A stretch of 64,000 nucleotides of DNA from Fervidobacterium sp. Its GTDB lineage: Bacteria > Thermotogota > Thermotogae > Thermotogales > Fervidobacteriaceae. Below are positions 57,120-64,000 of this stretch, in pieces. The stretch covers positions 128,001 through 192,000 of the forward strand of contig JBMFNR010000003.1 of assembly GCA_049970055.1 (NCBI GenBank), written 5' to 3'. The first letter of the stretch is position 1. Every line of letters begins with the position of its first letter. The translations under genes and the position numbers were made by a program. Below the pieces are notes generated by a model. It ran no database searches and was not told the DNA's origin. It was given only the letters and a program-made list of their open reading frames with translations.

Positions 57120-58010
57120 TTGGCAGAGAAAACAAAAAGGAAAATCAGCACAAAAGCAAAGGTTCAACTGTTAATTTTTCTTTTGATTTATATTACAGTT
57201 GGCATTTTGAATGTGAAACTTGGTGGCCTTCCTCCAACACCAGGTGAAGCTTTGAAGAACGTTGCCAACAGATGGATCGTAGGACCATCTAGCGGTCCAT
57301 GGTACCAAAGAATCAACCCAATGACTGTTGCTATGTCTTTCGTGGTTATGGGTATAATCTTGTGGTTTGCTAAAGCTGTGAATAAAGAATATTCAATTGT
57401 TCCAAATAGGAAACAGTCATTTGCTGAATCCATAATGGAATTCATCTATGACATAGTTCAGAGTAGTATCCCAGAGGAAAAATATGCTATTCCGGCGTTT
57501 AAGATTGCTACAACACTCTTCATTTATATAGCAGTCTCGAATCTAATAGGCGGATTTATCCCAGGCATATCAGTTGATGTTTCTAAAACGCTGCAAAATG
57601 GCGAAATTGTTAGAACAGTTAAATTTGTCTTATTCAGTGATATGTGGGTACCGCCAACCTCTGATTTGAACACTAATTTAACATATGCTCTTATGGTATT
57701 CATAATTAGTCAGAGTTTCGGAATTAAAGCGAAAGGTATAAAAGAATGGTTTAAAGGTTTTCTCGAACCTGTACCTTTCTTACTTCCAATGAACATTATT
57801 GGTGAATTGGCAAAACCAGTTTCTCATTCATTACGTTTGTTTGGCAACATTACAGGTGGTGGTATTCTCGTTCTGACATTGAGTTACTTTGTGAAATATA
57901 TGTTTTTACCACCGTTCCTGTGGGGATATTTTGGAATTTTCTCAGGACTTATTCAGGCATTTGTTTTTTCAACGTTAACAATAGCGTATATTTCATCTCA
58001 AGTAGCGTAG
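57120..58010 (+). CDS. atpB: F0 ATP synthase subunit a
   Basis: PPTSDLN, NIIGELAKPVSHSLRLFGN and IQAFVFSTLTIAYI; start placed at TTG 57120 (GTG 57111 possible). Confidence 0.95.
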   Translation: MAEKTKRKISTKAKVQLLIFLLIYITVGILNVKLGGLPPTPGEALKNVANRWIVGPSSGPWYQRINPMTVAMSFVVMGIILWFAKAVNKEYSIVPNRKQSFAESIMEFIYDIVQSSIPEEKYAIPAFKIATTLFIYIAVSNLIGGFIPGISVDVSKTLQNGEIVRTVKFVLFSDMWVPPTSDLNTNLTYALMVFIISQSFGIKAKGIKEWFKGFLEPVPFLLPMNIIGELAKPVSHSLRLFGNITGGGILVLTLSYFVKYMFLPPFLWGYFGIFSGLIQAFVFSTLTIAYISSQVA

Positions 58011-58050
58011 TAAATTCAAACAAACGAAAACTTAAGAAGGAGGTATTAGT

Positions 58051-58314
58051 ATGGATCAAGAAAGTGTGAAAATTCTTGCAGAAGCTATTGTAACAGCAGG
58101 AAAAGCTATCGGTGCGGGACTCTGTATGGGGCTTGGAGCTATTGGACCTGGTGTCGGTGAAGGTCACGTGGGTGGACATGCAATGGATGCTATTGCAAGA
58201 CAACCGGAATTAACAAATGTTATTGTCACAAGAATGTTACTTGCAGATGCTATAGCAGAAACCACAGGTATTTATTCTTTGCTTATTACCTTTTTGATAC
58301 TTTTCGCTTTGTGA
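58051..58314 (+). CDS. atpE: F0 ATP synthase subunit c, Na+-type signature
   Basis: GAIGPGVGEG, ARQPE and AIAETTGIY motifs. Confidence 0.96.
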   Translation: MDQESVKILAEAIVTAGKAIGAGLCMGLGAIGPGVGEGHVGGHAMDAIARQPELTNVIVTRMLLADAIAETTGIYSLLITFLILFAL

Positions 58315-58324
58315 GGCGAGGTTT

Positions 58325-58810
58325 ATGGATTTTTTCGAGATTAATTTAACTGCCCTTGTTCAGCTTTTGAATTTCTTGTTTTTACTATGGGTTCTCGATA
58401 AGCTGCTCTATAAACCTTTTCTCAACATGATGGAAAAAAGAAGGGGAAAAATCGAAGGCGAACTTGCAGAAGCTGAGAAAATTAGACTTCAGGCACAAGA
58501 ACTAAAAAAGAAAGCTGAAGAAGAGGTGAAAAATGCTCGAATTAGAGCCGATCAGATAATATCATCAGCAAACACTGAAGCTGATAGAATTATCGAAGAA
58601 GCTAAGCAAAAAGCTCAAAAAGAAGCTGAAAAAATATTACAAAATGCTCAAATTGAAATTGAAAGACAAAGGCAAGAAGCTCTACAGCAAGTTCAAACAA
58701 TCGCCACAGAACTTGCCATCAACCTTGCAATGAAAGTGCTAAAAGGTACACTTGATGAAAAAGCAAAAAAAGAGTATCTTGCAAGGATTATAAGGGAGTA
58801 TGAAAAATGA
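58325..58810 (+). CDS. atpF: F0 ATP synthase subunit b
   Basis: N-terminal TM (QLLNFLFL..LYKP) followed by a long coiled coil. Confidence 0.95.
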   Translation: MDFFEINLTALVQLLNFLFLLWVLDKLLYKPFLNMMEKRRGKIEGELAEAEKIRLQAQELKKKAEEEVKNARIRADQIISSANTEADRIIEEAKQKAQKEAEKILQNAQIEIERQRQEALQQVQTIATELAINLAMKVLKGTLDEKAKKEYLARIIREYEK

Positions 58811-59352
58811 TGTACTCGACAGTTGCAAGCAAGTATGCATTAGCATTGTATAATGTTTCAAAAGCAAATAAGAAAACTAAGCAATACAAAGAGCTTCTCA
58901 AAGCCCTCGTGGAGATTTATGAATCTATCTCTCCGTATTTAAACAATCAATCCATTGAGCCTGAACAACGAGTTCAGGCTATTTTTGAAGTGCTTAAAGC
59001 ATTTAACATAGAATATGACGAAGTTTTTCAAAGATTTGTTTATCTTCTGATCGTAAATAAGAGGGTTAAGTACATAAAGCAGATTGCAGCATTATTTGAT
59101 TACACAATCTTTGAGGATGAAGGACTCATACCCGTTCAAGTTCAGTCTGCCACACCTTTTACAAAAGAAGAAGAAGAAATACTTGCAAGTTTTGTTGAAA
59201 AGTACACTGGTAGAAAGCCCGTATTTGATGTGAAAGTTGACGAGGAACTGGTTGCAGGGGTTGTTTTAGAATTCTCTGGAAAAACCTTTGATGTCACAAT
59301 TAAAGGAAGGCTTCAAAATTTAGCAAGAAATGTACTGAAGAGAGAGGGGTGA
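58807..59352 (+). CDS. atpH: F1 ATP synthase subunit delta
   Basis: VASKYALAL and [16 protein letters not shown] motifs; position in the operon. Confidence 0.92.
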   Translation: MMYSTVASKYALALYNVSKANKKTKQYKELLKALVEIYESISPYLNNQSIEPEQRVQAIFEVLKAFNIEYDEVFQRFVYLLIVNKRVKYIKQIAALFDYTIFEDEGLIPVQVQSATPFTKEEEEILASFVEKYTGRKPVFDVKVDEELVAGVVLEFSGKTFDVTIKGRLQNLARNVLKREG

Positions 59353-59356
59353 TACC

Positions 59357-60880
59357 TTGAGATTAAACCCTGGAGAAATAGTAAGAGTACTGGAAAGCAA
59401 GATTGCTGATTACAAAGAAGAAATAAGGCTTGAAGACACTGGTAAAGTAATACAAGTTGGAGACGGTATAGCGAGAGTATACGGTCTTAACAACGTAATG
59501 GCCAACGAAATGGTTGAGTTTGTTGAAACTGGTACAAAAGGGTTAGCATTTAACCTTGAGGAAGATAACGTTGGTGTAATTATTCTTGGTGATTACAAAG
59601 ATATCAAAGAAGGTCATACAGTTAGACGATTGAATAGAATAATGGAAGTACCAGTGGGTGAAGGGTTACTTGGACGTGTTGTGAATCCATTAGGTGAGCC
59701 ATTGGATGCGTTGGGACCCATTGAATACAAGGAAACTAGACCTATTGAGTTCAAAGCACCAGGTGTTATCTACAGAAAACCGGTTGATACTCCATTGCAA
59801 ACTGGTTTGAAAGTTATCGATTCACTGATTCCAATCGGTCGCGGGCAAAGGGAGTTAATCATAGGAGATAGACAGACAGGAAAAACAGCAATTGCTATAG
59901 ATACCATTATAAACCAAAAGGGTAAGGGTGTATACTGTATATACGTGGCAATAGGTCAAAAAGCATCGGCAGTTGCAAGAATTGTTGAAAAACTAAGACA
60001 AACGGGTGCAATAGAGTATACAACTGTTGTCGTTGCCTCATCGTCTGATCCTGCCACACTTCAGTACATCGCTCCTTATGCAGGATGTGCGATGGGAGAA
60101 TACTTCATGTTCAATGGAAAAGATGCGCTCGTTATTTATGACGACTTATCGAAACACGCTGTTGCATATAGACAGATTTCATTACTTCTTAGAAGACCAC
60201 CGGGAAGAGAAGCTTATCCAGGCGACGTTTTCTATTTGCATTCAAGATTACTTGAACGAGCAGCTAGACTTAACGAAAAATACGGTGGTGGTTCCTTAAC
60301 TGCTTTGCCTATAATAGAAACTCAGGCGAACGATATATCAGCATACATTCCCACAAACGTTATATCCATCACCGACGGTCAAATTTACCTTGAACCTGGA
60401 TTATTCTATGCCGGTCAACGTCCTGCGGTTAATATAGGACTTTCGGTCTCTCGTGTTGGTGGCGCAGCTCAAATTAAAGCAATGAAACAGGTAGCAGGCT
60501 CATTGAAACTTGACTTAGCGCAGTATCAAGAACTTGAAACATTTGCCCAATTTGCAACAGAGCTTGACCCAACAACTCAAGCGCAGATTACAAGAGGGCA
60601 AAGGCTTATGGAATTGATGAAACAACCGCAATATAGTCCGATGGAGGTAGAGGAGCAAATCGTAGTATTATTTTCTGGGATTAACGGTTATCTCGATGAT
60701 TTACCAATTGCCAGTGTCAAAACTTTTGAAGATGGGCTATTGAAATTTATTAACGAAAAATACGCGGATGTGCTCAGCGAGATAAGAACAACAAAGCAAC
60801 TTTCGAAAGATACAGAAAACAAATTACATGAGGTTATAAGGGAGTACAAAGAAGAATTCGTAAAAGTTTACGGGAAGTGA
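59357..60880 (+). CDS. atpA: F1 ATP synthase subunit alpha
   Basis: [19 protein letters not shown] and [21 protein letters not shown]. Confidence 0.98.
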   Translation: MRLNPGEIVRVLESKIADYKEEIRLEDTGKVIQVGDGIARVYGLNNVMANEMVEFVETGTKGLAFNLEEDNVGVIILGDYKDIKEGHTVRRLNRIMEVPVGEGLLGRVVNPLGEPLDALGPIEYKETRPIEFKAPGVIYRKPVDTPLQTGLKVIDSLIPIGRGQRELIIGDRQTGKTAIAIDTIINQKGKGVYCIYVAIGQKASAVARIVEKLRQTGAIEYTTVVVASSSDPATLQYIAPYAGCAMGEYFMFNGKDALVIYDDLSKHAVAYRQISLLLRRPPGREAYPGDVFYLHSRLLERAARLNEKYGGGSLTALPIIETQANDISAYIPTNVISITDGQIYLEPGLFYAGQRPAVNIGLSVSRVGGAAQIKAMKQVAGSLKLDLAQYQELETFAQFATELDPTTQAQITRGQRLMELMKQPQYSPMEVEEQIVVLFSGINGYLDDLPIASVKTFEDGLLKFINEKYADVLSEIRTTKQLSKDTENKLHEVIREYKEEFVKVYGK

Positions 60881-60885
60881 TGTAA

Positions 60886-61710
60886 ATGAGTCGTGGTAAA
60901 TTGCTTCAAATTAAAAGAAGGATAAGCTCCACGCAGTCTTTGAAAAAGATAACTAAGGCGATGGAAATGGTTTCAACTGCTCAGATAAAAAAGGTTGAAA
61001 AAAGGCTTCAGATGGCGAGGGAATTTCTAAACGAAACGAAAAATATCGTCGAAAAGGTTCACTTCGATGTGAAACATCCTTTCATAACAGGTGAAGGTAA
61101 AAGTGCATTGGTAATAATTGGAACCGATATGGGACTTTGTGGTTCATTTCCATCTGAAATTGTTAAAAGTGCACTGAACCTGGAAAAGAAAGAGCATTTT
61201 GATTACATCTACGTAGTAGGTGCAAAGATAGCACCTACGTTCAGAAAAAGGGAGAAGGTCGAAAGAATATACGAGCACGAATACGATACACCAACATTTG
61301 AATTTGCAAGAACATTGGTAAATGATCTTGTCAGTAAAAACACTTCAAAAGTAAAAGTTGTATACGGACGATTTAGAAGTAAACTTGCCCAGATACCTGA
61401 TGTATTTCAACTCACACCCTTCAATCAAGAGAGCAAGCTGAAGGGAGACAGGTACGAATTTGAGCCATTGGAGGACGAGTTCCAAATTAAGCTAATAGAA
61501 TTTTATGCTTCGTCGGTTTTATTTTCTTTAGCTTTTGAAACAAAGATAAGCGAATTGTATGCGAGGCAAAATGCTATGCGAAACGCTACCGAAAATGCAG
61601 AGGAAGTTGTCAGACTATTGACGGTTGAATATAACAAAGCGAGGCAGGCCTCGATAACGCAAGAACTTATAGAAATAGTAACTGGTGCTGATGCCCTAAA
61701 AGAGCAGTAG
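60886..61710 (+). CDS. atpG: F1 ATP synthase subunit gamma
   Basis: KITKAMEMV, DMGLCG and YNKARQASITQELIEIV. Confidence 0.96.
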   Translation: MSRGKLLQIKRRISSTQSLKKITKAMEMVSTAQIKKVEKRLQMAREFLNETKNIVEKVHFDVKHPFITGEGKSALVIIGTDMGLCGSFPSEIVKSALNLEKKEHFDYIYVVGAKIAPTFRKREKVERIYEHEYDTPTFEFARTLVNDLVSKNTSKVKVVYGRFRSKLAQIPDVFQLTPFNQESKLKGDRYEFEPLEDEFQIKLIEFYASSVLFSLAFETKISELYARQNAMRNATENAEEVVRLLTVEYNKARQASITQELIEIVTGADALKEQ

Positions 61711-61716
61711 TGGTGA

Positions 61717-63165
<1,449 letters not shown>

Positions 63166-63178
63166 TATAGAGATATTA

Positions 63179-63216
63179 AGTCGGTGTTGGTTTTTCCACC
63201 ACCGACTATTTGTTTG
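63179..63216 (+). terminator. Hairpin between atpD and atpC (weak terminator or stabiliser)
   Basis: AGTCGGTG-T-TGG-TTTTT-CCA-C-CACCGACT followed by ATTTGTTTG. Confidence 0.55.
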
Positions 63217-63251
63217 GCAAAAAGCAGAACAAAACTGAGGAGTGTGGTAAA

Positions 63252-63542
63252 GTGAAGATAAAAATTGTTACACCTTACAAAGTTCTTGAGTTCAGCAATG
63301 CCAAGCTGCTTGTGTTTAAAACAGTTGAAGGAGAGATGGGTGTTCTTGACAAACGTGCACCGGTTATTGCCAAACTTGCCGTTACAGATGTTCGTATTAA
63401 AACTGACAACGGCGAGGAAAAGTATAAGGTTGTCGATGGTTTTATACACTGTGATGGTGAAAGCAATGTAACGATACTCACTGAGGAAGTAGGAAAACCT
63501 GAAGAATTTGACCCTCATAAGTATTTGGGCGATAAATTATAA
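63252..63542 (+). CDS. atpC: F1 ATP synthase subunit epsilon (short form)
   Basis: KIVTP, EGEMGVL and VVDGF motifs; start placed at GTG 63252 behind GAGGAG; 96 aa. Confidence 0.9.
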   Translation: MKIKIVTPYKVLEFSNAKLLVFKTVEGEMGVLDKRAPVIAKLAVTDVRIKTDNGEEKYKVVDGFIHCDGESNVTILTEEVGKPEEFDPHKYLGDKL

Positions 63543-63573
63543 ATAGGATACGCTACTGGAGGTGTAACTTAGG

Positions 63574-64000
63574 TTGGATTGCATCGTTGTTGATAGCACT
63601 ACCAAGTTAAGAAAGGATTTTTTAAAAGAAATAGAAAATAAAATAAGCGTTAAAGTTGTTCCAGTTAGAGTTTACATCGACGATCAAGAATTTGAAGATA
63701 GCGATGAAATATTCGATAAGATAACTAAAGCTATCGAAGAGAATAAAAAATTGGAAACTTCATTACCTTCAGTTAGCCTGGTTGAAAAACTTTTTCAAGA
63801 ACTTTCTTCTGATTACGAGCATGTTTACGTTTTATCAGTCTCATCAATGTTTAGCGGCACCTACAACTTATTTAGTACAATAGCGAGTAAGTATGAAAAC
63901 ATAGCAGTTTTTGATTCAAAAACTGTTAGTATACAGAACACTTACATATTTGAGCGTATGGTGAAGGATATTTTAAGTGGCAAAATTTTAGAGGATGATG
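63574..64000 (+). CDS. DegV family protein (runs off the window end)
   Basis: Manual translation from TTG 63574 behind GGAGG: MDCIVVDSTT..VVPVRV..ETSLPS..SVSSMFSGTY..FDSKTVS. Confidence 0.85.
   Translation, partial: MDCIVVDSTTKLRKDFLKEIENKISVKVVPVRVYIDDQEFEDSDEIFDKITKAIEENKKLETSLPSVSLVEKLFQELSSDYEHVYVLSVSSMFSGTYNLFSTIASKYENIAVFDSKTVSIQNTYIFERMVKDILSGKILEDD

Overview
This is a gene-dense, AT-rich chromosomal window from a bacterium that looks like Thermotogota, most likely Fervidobacterium. That assignment is inferred from gene content and protein similarity, not from a search. Left to right: (1) the end of a flagellar/chemotaxis operon on the minus strand (flhA-flhF-flhG-PilZ-PilZ-cheC), then mnmE; (2) an obgE-nadD-dus-phosphatase-potABC-PNP-MCP run; (3) tRNA-Met and tRNA-Thr; (4) a secreted PHP-domain protein; (5) clpC-radA-degV-AhpD/CMD-polA; (6) EamA and chromate transporters, an ODP di-iron protein with a soluble chemoreceptor, an ArsB/NhaD-type permease, nfi and an orphan peptide-binding protein; (7) a GGDEF-like-valS-folC-rsfS-mtaD-radical SAM operon; (8) MFS, rlmD, fprA, a 2-hydroxyacid dehydrogenase and an amidohydrolase; (9) a long recJ, yqgF, tRNA-Arg and an M24 peptidase; (10) a complete F-type ATP synthase operon with a Na+-type c subunit, then a partial degV. 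I found no CRISPR array, prophage or intact mobile element. Best leads: a candidate C-rich small RNA with its own promoter and terminator between flhA and mnmE; a RecJ fused to an apparently inactivated RecQ-like helicase; two probable non-canonical start codons (ATT, CTG) in one operon; and a PNP with Asp in place of the specificity Asn, next to potABC. All calls come from reading motifs by eye.
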